DNA of 64,000 bases from a virus (IMGVR_UViG_3300021399_000113:64001-128000); one strand, 5' to 3'; positions 39,747-50,053 are shown, counted from the first letter of the stretch. Notes: generated from the sequence alone by a model not told the origin. A program made the numbers and translations.

Positions 39747-40433
39747 ATGAAATTTAGATTATTAGAATCTTATGAAGATACCGAAGAATTTATTGATAAT
39801 GAGCTTCTTGATGAGGATATAAACGAAGAAGATGATTTAGATGAATATTTTTATAATCATTTAAAGGAAGACGACTTAGAAGAAGCTTTTAATGTAGGGG
39901 ATAAGGTTAAGGTTAACAAGACTGGTCGTAAAGGTGTTGTGAGTAAGAAGCGAAAAACTCTGTATGATGTAAAATTAGATGCAGACAGAGTGCATAAACC
40001 AGAGCAAGATGTCTTTTATGACCATGAGTTATCACTTACTGAGGGGGCTAACATTGACACAGATATTACAGTGACTGCTGAAGAAGATTTAACAGGTCCT
40101 GTTACTGATAAAGATAATGGCATTTCTAATTTATTAATTGCTTTGATTAACGATGAGTGGAATGCTATTAGTCAGTATAATGATTTTATAGTCAATGCTA
40201 AAGCACAAGGCTATACAGATACTGAGTCTATTATCAATGATATTATCACAGAAGAACATAAGCATATCGGTCAGCTACAGTCCATCCTTAAAACTATTTC
40301 TACAGCAACAGACGCTATTGATACTGGAATAGTTGAGGGTGAGCAACAAATGTTGGATGATGACACTGATGATGATGTGGCTGGATTAGACGTAATAGCA
40401 GACGCTACTGCTAATTATTTTAAGGGTAGATAA
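39747..40433 (+). CDS. acidic protein with KOW-like and ferritin-like domains (MKFRLLE leader)
   Basis: FNVGDKVKV; INDEWNAISQY...IITEEHKHIGQL. Confidence 0.65.
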   Translation: MKFRLLESYEDTEEFIDNELLDEDINEEDDLDEYFYNHLKEDDLEEAFNVGDKVKVNKTGRKGVVSKKRKTLYDVKLDADRVHKPEQDVFYDHELSLTEGANIDTDITVTAEEDLTGPVTDKDNGISNLLIALINDEWNAISQYNDFIVNAKAQGYTDTESIINDIITEEHKHIGQLQSILKTISTATDAIDTGIVEGEQQMLDDDTDDDVAGLDVIADATANYFKGR

Positions 40434-41378
40434 ATGAAATTAAGTGTTGAAGTCTCTCTTAAATTTAGAGAGGCATTACAAAATGATAATTTTCCACTGA
40501 TTAAAAAATCTTTATTGGCATTATATAGAGAGTTACCCCAATTATTATCAGAGGAACTTTTACAAGAAGATGAAGTAAATGTTGATACTAACATAATCAA
40601 AGAAATGTCTGATAATGTATCTACCTATACTTCGTTGCTTGAGTGTAAGAACTCTTGGGATTATGTAGTAAAGAAATTTTTTGATTTGTGTGAAGCACAA
40701 GGGATTAGTATTCCTACGTCAGATACATCAGATAAGACTAAGGAGTTGGAAGAGAGTATGAAAGTCGTAAAGACAAAGAATTTGAATGAAGCCTTAGAAG
40801 ATAATATGGAGTTATGCAACAACATGGATGAGGGAACAGATAACCTTGTTGTTAACGTATCCCCTACATTTGCTAAGACTGTTAAAGACCACAAGAAATC
40901 CAGAAAAGAACTGGCTAAGATGTGGAAGGATTTATATAAGGACGCTAAAAAGAACGGATTTAAAGAACCATTGGAAGAAGAGAGACGTTCATTCTACGCT
41001 GATGCTTATAACGCTTTGCTAAAGGTATTTAAAGAGTGGAGAGCATACTTCACTGATTTTGATGATTTTATTGATAAATTCTCCAGCGTAGCAAAAGATG
41101 TTTACTTCTATGATGAAGATAATCATGATGATTTAACTGAGGCAGTTGATGAGGCAGACGCAACATCTGAGGAAGAGACAGAAGCCTTTCTTAAAAAGTA
41201 TACAGATGATTACACAAAAGCAAGCGGTGCAGTAAGAACTTACTACAGAACTGAGAAAGATAATGCTCGTAAGATTTTAAGACAGCATTATGGAAATGTA
41301 GAAGTTTCCGATGGTAGACAAGATGAAGATGATGAAATGAATTGGGTTCTTGCATTTAGCAGACCTAAAAAGGATTGA
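40434..41378 (+). CDS. putative virion protein
   Basis: LEES, LNEA, LTEA sites. Confidence 0.7.
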   Translation: MKLSVEVSLKFREALQNDNFPLIKKSLLALYRELPQLLSEELLQEDEVNVDTNIIKEMSDNVSTYTSLLECKNSWDYVVKKFFDLCEAQGISIPTSDTSDKTKELEESMKVVKTKNLNEALEDNMELCNNMDEGTDNLVVNVSPTFAKTVKDHKKSRKELAKMWKDLYKDAKKNGFKEPLEEERRSFYADAYNALLKVFKEWRAYFTDFDDFIDKFSSVAKDVYFYDEDNHDDLTEAVDEADATSEEETEAFLKKYTDDYTKASGAVRTYYRTEKDNARKILRQHYGNVEVSDGRQDEDDEMNWVLAFSRPKKD

Positions 41379-41433
41379 CATCATTCTTAAAATGTGATAA
41401 AATAGTAATAATAAATTAAGGAGATGTCAAACT

Positions 41434-41754
41434 ATGGCAAGAGTAAGAAAATCAGATTTATGGCAAGATGTTTATGACGCAGTTCTTAAGGGTAGAGAGT
41501 TTTCTGCAAATGATGTTGGTATTGATTATGATAACAATATTATTTGTTACTGTAAGGACGATAAGGCTCTTGAAAAAGCAAAGGCAGTTGCAGAAAAGTT
41601 TGGTCTTAAGACCAGCGCAGTAAAAGAGCGCATGATTACTGTGAAGTCAGAAAAGAAGACATCCGCTGATAAGAAAGATGATAAGAAGAAATCAGAGGAT
41701 GAAAATAAAATGTATAAAGTCATAACACTTTATCTTCCAAAATCTTCAGATTGA
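41434..41754 (+). CDS. hypothetical protein
   Basis: AAGGAG RBS; promoter-like TTGACA at 41375. Confidence 0.7.
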   Translation: MARVRKSDLWQDVYDAVLKGREFSANDVGIDYDNNIICYCKDDKALEKAKAVAEKFGLKTSAVKERMITVKSEKKTSADKKDDKKKSEDENKMYKVITLYLPKSSD

Positions 41755-41832
41755 ATTAAATAAATTAATTGTATAGATAAGAGGATAAACAAATTTATCC
41801 TCTTATTTTGGTAATAAAGGAGTTATAATAAA

Positions 41833-42963
41833 ATGTCGATTGTATATAATAGAACTGTTTGGCAGAACTATGTATCGGCTCTTTCAGAAACACCCCTTAA
41901 CAATATAGAATTAGGTATTACTGAGGTTGTTAATGTACTTAATACGTTGGGAATTCAGCCATCACATATAGACTTTATTGAAAGTCTTATGCAAGGTGTG
42001 GGTAATTCATCTACTCCAATGTACATTGCAAGTGATGGAACACCACAAGAAGTTGGGCAAATCAGCGTTGCACATGGTGGTACTGGTCTTAACACATTAG
42101 CATCTGGTAAGTTGCTTGTCGGTAATGGAACTAATGCAGTTAATTTTAGAGAGATTCAAAATGAAACTGGTGGGGCAGTTCCAATTACTGAGTCTGTGAA
42201 AATTCCAACTGCAAATACTATTAAAAGATGGAATGGTGCTCATGATTCAAATAACAATTCTAATCTTGAGTATGTTAAGTTGGGAAAACTTGGAGACGCT
42301 TGTATTAAGGCTGTATCGACACAAGGTGTTAACAATGATGGAGATAATCTTGTCACAGAGGCACAAGTTAAAGCGTTTGTTGAGGGTAAAGGATATATCA
42401 CAGCGTATGTCGATACAAAGAATACTGCTGGAGCATTAAATAAAAATTCAACAAAGTTATATCTTGTTGGAGCAGAATCACAAACAGCAAATCCACAGAC
42501 ATCTACAAATTCCAAGAACTATGTGGGAACAGATGGTCATTTATATTCTAACGAGAAACAAGTTGTAAATGTATCAGATACACAAACAGTATCTAATAAA
42601 ACATTTACTAACAATACTTATGAAGGATATTCGTTAGGAGATGCTTGTGCTAAAGGTGTAGACAGTACTGATGGTGGAACTGCTGGCTCTAATGCTCTTA
42701 TAACATCTGGAGCAGTTAACTCATTAAAACAACAGACAATTACAAGCATTTCTTTTCCATCAGCGGGTGTTTGTAGAGTTGTTCAGAATGGTCAATCATC
42801 TGATTTACCATTTTCTACATCAGCACAAGCTACATATATTGGTAGTACTGCCCCAAGTAATACACAGTTGGTGTGGATAGATAGTGCTAATGGGTACATA
42901 CTTAAGGTTTATGATAGTACACAGCAACGCTGGATTACACCGAGAGCAGTATGGGGTAACTAA
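41833..42963 (+). CDS. tail-fibre-like structural protein
   Basis: VAHGGTG, LLVGNGT, YIGSTAP...VWID motifs; G/S/T/N-rich. Confidence 0.65.
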   Translation: MSIVYNRTVWQNYVSALSETPLNNIELGITEVVNVLNTLGIQPSHIDFIESLMQGVGNSSTPMYIASDGTPQEVGQISVAHGGTGLNTLASGKLLVGNGTNAVNFREIQNETGGAVPITESVKIPTANTIKRWNGAHDSNNNSNLEYVKLGKLGDACIKAVSTQGVNNDGDNLVTEAQVKAFVEGKGYITAYVDTKNTAGALNKNSTKLYLVGAESQTANPQTSTNSKNYVGTDGHLYSNEKQVVNVSDTQTVSNKTFTNNTYEGYSLGDACAKGVDSTDGGTAGSNALITSGAVNSLKQQTITSISFPSAGVCRVVQNGQSSDLPFSTSAQATYIGSTAPSNTQLVWIDSANGYILKVYDSTQQRWITPRAVWGN

Positions 42964-42966
42964 TAA

Positions 42967-44340
42967 ATGATTACAGCAGATGAATTAATTCAATTAAGAG
43001 AAAAAGTAAAAAATGAAATAGATAGACGATGTTCATTCAATGGATATGGTAGAAATCTGCTTAACCCTTCTCTGTATGAATGGGGAACAGAAGGACAGCC
43101 AGTTCAAGGTGGAATGGTCTATGGTTCACAAGGTAAGACTGTAGTTGATTCATTATTAACAATTGCAGATATAGGTAATTTACGAAATGTTCAGCCCAAT
43201 GAGCCAATCCCAGATTCTTTTGATAATGATACATTAAGTGGAATTGTAGATTTATTAGCAGAAGAAGGACAGCATGATGAAAACTCATCTTGTCGTGGAG
43301 CATGTACAGGACTTTGTGTGGGTACATGTGCTGGTGATTGTACGAGTGGGTGCGTGAGTGACTGTACGGGGGGTTGTGGCTCAACGTGTACTGGTACTTG
43401 TGGTGGAGATTGTACAGGTGCTTGTAGTGGTGTATGTACATCTTGTTCATCTGAGTGTGTAGATTCATGTATAGATGGATGCACATCTACTTGTGGAAGT
43501 GAGTGCAGTGGACATTGCGGAAATAGCTGTACGGGAGGATGTGGTACTACTTGTACAGGAAATTGTGCATCTACTTGTAGTGCAAGTTGCAGTGGTGGCT
43601 GTTCCGCTTCATGTGGTGGCTGTAGTGGCTGTGATGGCTGTAGTGGCTGTGGCAGTGGCTGTGATAGAGGATGTAGCGGTTGCAGTGGTGGCTGTTATGG
43701 TTGCGGTGGCTGTGGCAGTAGCTGTGATGGCTGTAGTGGCGGTTGCTATGGGGCGACAGGGGACACAACGTGTGGTTCTTCTTGTTCAGCCGAGTGTGCG
43801 GGCTGCCAAGGAGGCTGTGCTGGCGACTGTGATGGCAGTTGCTATTGGTCTTGCGGTGGTTGCAGTGGTGGTTGCACAGGTAGGTGTACAGGCTGTAGCA
43901 GTTGCAGTGGTGGTTGTGATGGTTGCGGTGACTGTGATGGCAGTTGTAGCGGTTGCAGTAGCTGTAGTGGATGTAGTGGATGTAGCGGTAGCTGTGATGG
44001 GTGTTCATCGGGATGTAAAACATCTTGTTCTGTAACTTGTGGTAGTAACTGCACATCTTGTAGCGCAGTTTGTGCTAATAACTGTGGAACAGATTGTGCT
44101 GGGTCATGTTCTAATGTTTGTACACAATCTTGTGGTGGTGGTTGTCAAGGAACTTGTTCTAATGGCTGTGATAGCGGTTGTAATCTTTGTACAAGTGCTT
44201 GTACTACCTCTTGTACAAGTTGTAATGCAACGTGTGAAAATTCTTGTATGACCACTTGTGAAAGTACTTGCTACTCCAATTGTACAAGCGGATGTTATGG
44301 TGGTGCAACAGGTACAGTGATTGGTCCTGTTATCGGCTGA
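42967..44340 (+). CDS. giant CxxxC/CxxC-repeat protein, putative radical-SAM modification target
   Basis: 108-aa leader then about 89 Cys at 3-4 residue spacing; next to the maturase. Confidence 0.85.
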   Translation: MITADELIQLREKVKNEIDRRCSFNGYGRNLLNPSLYEWGTEGQPVQGGMVYGSQGKTVVDSLLTIADIGNLRNVQPNEPIPDSFDNDTLSGIVDLLAEEGQHDENSSCRGACTGLCVGTCAGDCTSGCVSDCTGGCGSTCTGTCGGDCTGACSGVCTSCSSECVDSCIDGCTSTCGSECSGHCGNSCTGGCGTTCTGNCASTCSASCSGGCSASCGGCSGCDGCSGCGSGCDRGCSGCSGGCYGCGGCGSSCDGCSGGCYGATGDTTCGSSCSAECAGCQGGCAGDCDGSCYWSCGGCSGGCTGRCTGCSSCSGGCDGCGDCDGSCSGCSSCSGCSGCSGSCDGCSSGCKTSCSVTCGSNCTSCSAVCANNCGTDCAGSCSNVCTQSCGGGCQGTCSNGCDSGCNLCTSACTTSCTSCNATCENSCMTTCESTCYSNCTSGCYGGATGTVIGPVIG

Positions 44341-44424
44341 CAAAACACAGAATATGTTGTATAATAGATACGTAGAAATAGAAACTGACAAATTAAATTT
44401 TTGATTTAAGGAGAAACACACATA

Positions 44425-44763
44425 ATGTTTACAAAAGTAATTATTATTGATAGTGAAGTAAGAGATTACATTGAGCGACTTGGACATGAGGTTGATGGAG
44501 CAAAAGAACTTATTGCTTACATGATTGATAGTGGAAGAGATATTAAAACAGATACTTTTAAGGAATATCATGATGAGTACGCCAAAGCCTTAGCCGCTTA
44601 TAATATTGCAAAAGAAGAGCTGGAAAATAAGTATATTCCAAAGGCACTGCTTGGCAGAAATGCAGGTACAGAATGGGAACTCAAGTTTGAAACAGCGGAA
44701 CTTACCATTACAAATAACGGTAAGACGATTACAGAGGAAGAGTTTAATTCATTTTTTAATTAA
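44425..44763 (+). CDS. CXXX-repeat modification system accessory protein
   Basis: small helical protein ending WELKFET.ELTI, between target and maturase. Confidence 0.65.
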   Translation: MFTKVIIIDSEVRDYIERLGHEVDGAKELIAYMIDSGRDIKTDTFKEYHDEYAKALAAYNIAKEELENKYIPKALLGRNAGTEWELKFETAELTITNNGKTITEEEFNSFFN

Positions 44764-44830
44764 TATTTAATTTAACCTTCATTCCTAACTTGAATTAAAT
44801 CGAGTTAGGAATGATTTTACTGGAGATAGA

Positions 44831-47296
44831 ATGTCAAGGAACAGAAAGAAATTTGAACAATATCAAGATTTAATTGCAAGGTTATATCCCGAATTAACTA
44901 AACATAATAGTAGTGATGACCAGTCTCACGGAGCAGAAAGAGTGCTGACAAGGACTGTCACTCTACAGGTGACTGACAAGTGCAATCTTGCTTGTAGTTA
45001 TTGCTACCAAATAAATAAGGGAGTAAGAAGAATGTCGCTTGAAACTGCAAAGAAGTTCATTGACCTGCTTCTTACAGGAGAAAAAGGTTTTAGCAATTAT
45101 GTTGACCCGTCATTCTCTCCTGCAATCGTTCTTGAATTTATCGGTGGTGAACCTTTTCTTGAAATAGAGTTAATTGACAAGGTTTGTGATTATTTCGTAG
45201 ATAAAGCAATTGAATTAAGGCATCCTTGGGCAAAGAATTTTAGATTTAGTATCTGTTCGAATGGAGTTCTCTATAGAGACCCAAAGGTACAGAAGTTCTT
45301 AAACAAGTGGAAGAATAAATTATCATTCTCTATAACAATAGATGGTGACAAAGAATTACATGACACTTGCCGAGTATTCCCAGATGGGAGTCCTTCTTAT
45401 GACATTGCCATAGAGGGTGCTAAGGATTGGATGGCAAAAGGAAATTATATGGGAAGTAAGATTACTATTGCTCCGCAAAATCTTCATTGTTTCAGTAGAG
45501 CACTTAAGCATATGATTTCTTTAGGGTATGATGAGATTAATTGTAACTGTGTTTATGAGGATGTATGGAAACCCGAACATGGGAAACAGTTATATGACCA
45601 ATTAAAGGAAACAGCAGATTATCTTTTAGATAATAATTTAGAAAAAGATATATATGTATCTATTTTAGCAGAAGATAATTTTCATCCAAAGGATGTGAAT
45701 GATTTACAGACTTGGTGTTGGGGAAAAGGCACACCAATTTTAACCACGAAAGGATATAAACCAATAGAGGATATAGCGGTTGGTGATGAGGTATATACTC
45801 CGCAGGGGCATATTAAACCTGTCATTAATGTTATGAGTCATGTAGCTGATAATTGTGTGGAGATTAGCGGTTGTGGTATTCTGCCTATGATATGCACTAA
45901 AGACCATAGATTGTGGGCTTCTCCGTTTGATTATCGGGGTTGGAAAAATACCCCTCATTATAAACCTTTTGGTGCTTACAGCATTGAAGAAATCATTGAT
46001 ACAAAATATCCTACTCGAAGTAGAATTAAGACAGGTGTATTGCCTAATAATCGTACAGTTCATGTAGACCCTAATGTAGCTTACTTACTTGGTCGTACAA
46101 TAGGTGATGGTTGGGTAGCCGATGATATACCCGCTGTATGTTGTGGCAAAGATGAACTGTCCGAAGTGATAAAATGTTTCAATGATGCTAAAATTGCATA
46201 TCGTATTTCAGAGTCAAATACCACATATGATTTTTATGCAACAAAAAAACTTAATATGGGTAACGATAATTATGCTCTTTATAGTAAGTTATGTTTAGAT
46301 ATGGGGCACAAATCAGTAAATAAACACATTCCTTCCGAGTGCTTTAATTGGGATGATGAATCCCTTGAGGCATTATTACAAGGTTATGTGAGTGCAGATG
46401 GGCACATTAGAGCAAATCGAAATATATATGTCATTAAAACTTCATCAAAAAGACTTGCAGAAGATGTTATGTTAGTGTGCCGTACACTTGGATATAACCC
46501 TATGTGTGATACCCCTCAACGGGTTAACGGGAAAACCGAAACAATTATGGGTCGGTTGACGCACAGAAATGGGGACGTATTTACGGTGCGTTGGAGTTTC
46601 GAAAAGCACAATGGTAAATTCTACTATGAGGATGAAGACGGGATGTTTACATCTAAACTTCGGGTTGTGTCAGCACCCACTCAAGCTGTGTATAACATAA
46701 CAGTAGCCGATGACCATTCCTACATTGCGGGTTCACTTGCCTCTAAAAATTGTGGGGGACTTGGTGACATGCTTGCCTGTGACCCCGATGGTAAATTATT
46801 CCCTTGTATTAGATATATGGAAAGTTCATTAGGGAACACTGTCCCTCCTGTTATTATTGGAGATGTCGATAATGGTGTGTGCCAAAGACCGCACGAACAG
46901 AAGTTACTCTGTGATATGTGTGCGGTCAATAGACGTACATATAATACAGATGAATGTTTCTATTGCCCTATTTATCAAGGGTGTGCAGAATGCTCCGCTT
47001 ATAACTATCAGTTAAGTGGTGGAGATTTCAACAAACGTGCAACGTGTATCTGCATTACACATAAAGCAAGATGCTTAGCAAATGCTTACTATTGGTCAAA
47101 ATTTTACGAAAAGAACGAACCTCAGAGCAAATTTAAGTTTTATATACCAGACGAGTGGGCATTACAAGTTATTGACAAAGATGAATTAGATATGATAAAA
47201 TCATTACCGAACATAGAGCTTTGTCAAACAACATGGCAAGAATTGAGGGACAAAGACTTAAATGGTGAAGATAAGCAAAAAGAAGAAGTTCAGTAA
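44831..47296 (+). CDS. radical SAM/SPASM peptide maturase (CXXX-repeat target family) with intein
   Basis: CNLACSYC, FIGGEPF, SITIDG..HD.CR; SPASM CGG..DG.LFPC..CFYC..GC.EC. Confidence 0.92.
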   Translation: MSRNRKKFEQYQDLIARLYPELTKHNSSDDQSHGAERVLTRTVTLQVTDKCNLACSYCYQINKGVRRMSLETAKKFIDLLLTGEKGFSNYVDPSFSPAIVLEFIGGEPFLEIELIDKVCDYFVDKAIELRHPWAKNFRFSICSNGVLYRDPKVQKFLNKWKNKLSFSITIDGDKELHDTCRVFPDGSPSYDIAIEGAKDWMAKGNYMGSKITIAPQNLHCFSRALKHMISLGYDEINCNCVYEDVWKPEHGKQLYDQLKETADYLLDNNLEKDIYVSILAEDNFHPKDVNDLQTWCWGKGTPILTTKGYKPIEDIAVGDEVYTPQGHIKPVINVMSHVADNCVEISGCGILPMICTKDHRLWASPFDYRGWKNTPHYKPFGAYSIEEIIDTKYPTRSRIKTGVLPNNRTVHVDPNVAYLLGRTIGDGWVADDIPAVCCGKDELSEVIKCFNDAKIAYRISESNTTYDFYATKKLNMGNDNYALYSKLCLDMGHKSVNKHIPSECFNWDDESLEALLQGYVSADGHIRANRNIYVIKTSSKRLAEDVMLVCRTLGYNPMCDTPQRVNGKTETIMGRLTHRNGDVFTVRWSFEKHNGKFYYEDEDGMFTSKLRVVSAPTQAVYNITVADDHSYIAGSLASKNCGGLGDMLACDPDGKLFPCIRYMESSLGNTVPPVIIGDVDNGVCQRPHEQKLLCDMCAVNRRTYNTDECFYCPIYQGCAECSAYNYQLSGGDFNKRATCICITHKARCLANAYYWSKFYEKNEPQSKFKFYIPDEWALQVIDKDELDMIKSLPNIELCQTTWQELRDKDLNGEDKQKEEVQ
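45716..46750 (+). mobile_element. intein with LAGLIDADG endonuclease in the radical SAM gene (aa 296-640)
   Basis: starts CWGKGTPILT, ends ASKN before Cys; LLGRTIGDG and LLQGYVSADG. Confidence 0.9.
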
Positions 47297-47492
47297 TTTC
47301 ATAGTAATACTTGCAATAGTTTCTATTATAGCATATACTGCTGTGTGTTTAGCAATACTGCTTACTGGTGGAAGTTTAGAGGGGGTTGAATCCCTTACTG
47401 AAAATTGGTATAATTTCTGGACAACAGAAGTGTTTGCACTTGCTTGTATTAAAACGTTTAAAGTAATAAGAAAGAGTGACGATGATGAATAG
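47262..47492 (+). CDS. small membrane protein (holin-like)
   Basis: basic N-terminus and TM segments. Confidence 0.6.
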   Translation: MVKISKKKKFSNFIVILAIVSIIAYTAVCLAILLTGGSLEGVESLTENWYNFWTTEVFALACIKTFKVIRKSDDDE

Positions 47493-48153
47493 TGAAGAGA
47501 AAGCGGTAGCATTGGCAAATTATCTTGGTATTGGTGTAGAGGATGTAGCACCAGAGAAATATGATGATAATGCCTTTGAAACTCCAGAGGGAGAGTATCT
47601 TGTATTAGATGAAGATGAGATTTTTGAATACGTTAAAACTGATGTAGAAAATCTCATTGACGATATAGGGCTTAGTGCATTTACGTCAGATTTTCAGTCT
47701 TGGATTTTTGACTATGCAGTATCAAATAACGATTGGTTTGATGAGGCAATGGATGAGTCCAATAGATTTTATGCAGAAGACATTATGGGTGAATCTGACA
47801 ATAAATATGCCAGCAGATTTATTCAAGAGTGTGTAGAGCGTAATATCTTATCCGATGAGGATTTAGTTGAAACTGAGGATGGACTTGATTATCCAGAAGG
47901 AAAATCTAACGAAGATTATATTGAAGATTTTGTAGCATCTCTTAATGACGACTATGAAGATGGTATTACATGGTTTAGAGACAATTTTGGTGACGATGAA
48001 TTTAGGAGAGCTGTAAATGAATATCTTAATGTTAATACAGATGCCATTGCTGAAAAGTTGATTGACCTTGATGGGGTAGGAAACTCACTTGCGAGCTATG
48101 ATGGTAAAGAAATTGATTTAGGTGATGGACTGTATGCTTACAGAACGAATTAA
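47482..48153 (+). CDS. highly acidic conserved phage protein
   Basis: D/E-rich; LASYDG.E...LY.YRTN C-terminus. Confidence 0.75.
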   Translation: MMNSEEKAVALANYLGIGVEDVAPEKYDDNAFETPEGEYLVLDEDEIFEYVKTDVENLIDDIGLSAFTSDFQSWIFDYAVSNNDWFDEAMDESNRFYAEDIMGESDNKYASRFIQECVERNILSDEDLVETEDGLDYPEGKSNEDYIEDFVASLNDDYEDGITWFRDNFGDDEFRRAVNEYLNVNTDAIAEKLIDLDGVGNSLASYDGKEIDLGDGLYAYRTN

Positions 48154-48163
48154 GGAGTAGAGA

Positions 48164-48583
48164 ATGAGTGGATTAATGAATTTTATTGATTTGATTAGAG
48201 ACCACTGGACAGAAATTCTTATGCTTGTAGCAGTAGTAGGTGGTTGTGCTTATTGGGTTTACGGATTTGTAACAACCAATAAAGGAAATCTTAAAGAAGC
48301 AACTATTGAACTTGCAAAGAAACAGGTTAAGAACATTATGCTCAGACTTGTTTCTGATGCAGAGATGGAATGGGGCAGTGATACTGGAAAGATAAAGAGA
48401 AGCCAAGTAATTGACGCAGTATTTGATAGATACCCCATTCTCAGACAAGTAACAAATCAAGATGAATTACTTGAATGGTTAGATACTATTATTGACCAAG
48501 CCCTTGTTGAGATGAGGGAAATCCTCAAGGCACAAGAGGCTGTAGATGTCCTTGTTGAAGATAAAGAAGACGAGAATAACTAA
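48164..48583 (+). CDS. holin-like protein (LL-H type)
   Basis: single TM; LV.DAE...G..TG..KR..V motif. Confidence 0.6.
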   Translation: MSGLMNFIDLIRDHWTEILMLVAVVGGCAYWVYGFVTTNKGNLKEATIELAKKQVKNIMLRLVSDAEMEWGSDTGKIKRSQVIDAVFDRYPILRQVTNQDELLEWLDTIIDQALVEMREILKAQEAVDVLVEDKEDENN

Positions 48584-48654
48584 TCTTACTGTCGGACTGG
48601 AGACGTTATAAACCCATTCGAGAGGTCTAAGTTAGAGACCATAAATACTAACAC

Positions 48655-48683
48655 AAAAGGGCTATGCAATGTAGCCCTTTTTA
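48655..48683 (+). terminator. intrinsic terminator
   Basis: AAAAGGGCTA-loop-TAGCCCTTTTT. Confidence 0.85.
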
Positions 48684-48752
48684 TTATCTATTGACATTTT
48701 GTAATAATTAGTGTATAATAAAATTGGAATAAGAATATTCATAGTGAGGTGA

Positions 48753-49346
48753 ATGAATATGAGATTTAAATTAGTAGAAAATTTTACATTAACTGAGGGC
48801 AGTGGGTTATCCCGTATCTGGCAATATACTCATAACAATCAAAATTTTGCTATAATCGGCACACAAGACAAAGACACCAAAAAGGATAGGACTAACGAGC
48901 TAACGTCCTTGCTTCGTGATATGATGGATAATCAAGTAAGAATGAAGAAGACTGTAGGCAAACCAATGATTACCTACAAAAAGTTAGAGGGGCATTATAT
49001 TTATGACGATGGAACGCAGGGGACTGAAAATTCTTTCTTGGTTAACAATATAACTAAAGACGAGGCATTAGAGTTAGGAAGGGCAGTAAATCAAGAAAGT
49101 ATCTTATGGAAAGACGATGACTTCTTTGGATATATTTATTGCTCAGATGGTCATCCAGATATGACGTTTTCGAGAGACAATAAGAATATGAGTTTCAATA
49201 AAGACGATGTATATGCCTTTGGCTCAAGGCTTAAAAGCAAACATAATGAGGGGCAGGGGTTTACCTTTATTGCTGAACATTATGTGTATGATAACTCTAA
49301 GAAATCACGTAAAAAAGAAGTGCTATTTAAGCTTCATGCAGAATAA
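48753..49346 (+). CDS. putative head-internal protein, DUF3293-like (MRFKLVE leader)
   Basis: GHY...ENSFLV...LG...NQESIL. Confidence 0.6.
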   Translation: MNMRFKLVENFTLTEGSGLSRIWQYTHNNQNFAIIGTQDKDTKKDRTNELTSLLRDMMDNQVRMKKTVGKPMITYKKLEGHYIYDDGTQGTENSFLVNNITKDEALELGRAVNQESILWKDDDFFGYIYCSDGHPDMTFSRDNKNMSFNKDDVYAFGSRLKSKHNEGQGFTFIAEHYVYDNSKKSRKKEVLFKLHAE

Positions 49347-49486
49347 TTGTAAATATTTAAGTGGGTATGTTTTTGCATGTCCACTTTATTTTATACCCTT
49401 TAAAAGAAAATTTTCAGTTTCTAATTAAAATATTGTATAGAAATATGGAGATTTTTATAACCGATTCTAAAAGGAGATAATAATAA

Positions 49487-50053
49487 ATGAATTCTGCATT
49501 ACAACAGTTGTTCTCAATGGACATACGAATGGGAATCGTTTTTATTGTTGCCTGTGTATCAGTTGCTTATGAGGGGATAAAAATTATATCTTATTTTATA
49601 GATAAATTTGGAATAACAACTAAGAGCAGACAAAATAAAGAAAACGACCACCAGTTATTGCAAAAATTAAAAGAATCTTCAGAACAGCAAATTGCTCAAT
49701 TACAGCAACGAGATAGTGAATTTGAAATAACCTTATCAAGCATGAACGATACAGTATCAAGATTAGATACAGTGTTAACAAAGATTGATTCTGTTATGGA
49801 AAATCAAAATAATGCTACAATAGAAAATTTATATGACTGTGTAAATAGAAAATGTAAATATTATATGTATCAGTTAAAAGGAATTCCAAGTGATGAACTT
49901 GAATCATTTATCAGATTGACTGATGCTTATACAAAGTGCGGTGGAAATCATGGACTGCAAACAAAAGTTGATTATTGTTTAAAGCATTTACCAGTGATAG
50001 AAATGAAACCTACATCAGTTGTTGCTAATAAGGAAGATGAAAAGAGTAAATAG
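49487..50053 (+). CDS. membrane-anchored coiled-coil protein, lysis-associated type
   Basis: N-terminal TM; AY..CGGNH motif. Confidence 0.6.
   Translation: MNSALQQLFSMDIRMGIVFIVACVSVAYEGIKIISYFIDKFGITTKSRQNKENDHQLLQKLKESSEQQIAQLQQRDSEFEITLSSMNDTVSRLDTVLTKIDSVMENQNNATIENLYDCVNRKCKYYMYQLKGIPSDELESFIRLTDAYTKCGGNHGLQTKVDYCLKHLPVIEMKPTSVVANKEDEKSK

Noticed and set aside
43061-44571. Alternative-frame and antisense ORFs rich in V/A, H or Q/P
   Set aside because: Shadows of the TGT/GGT/AGT codon repeats in the Cys-rich gene.
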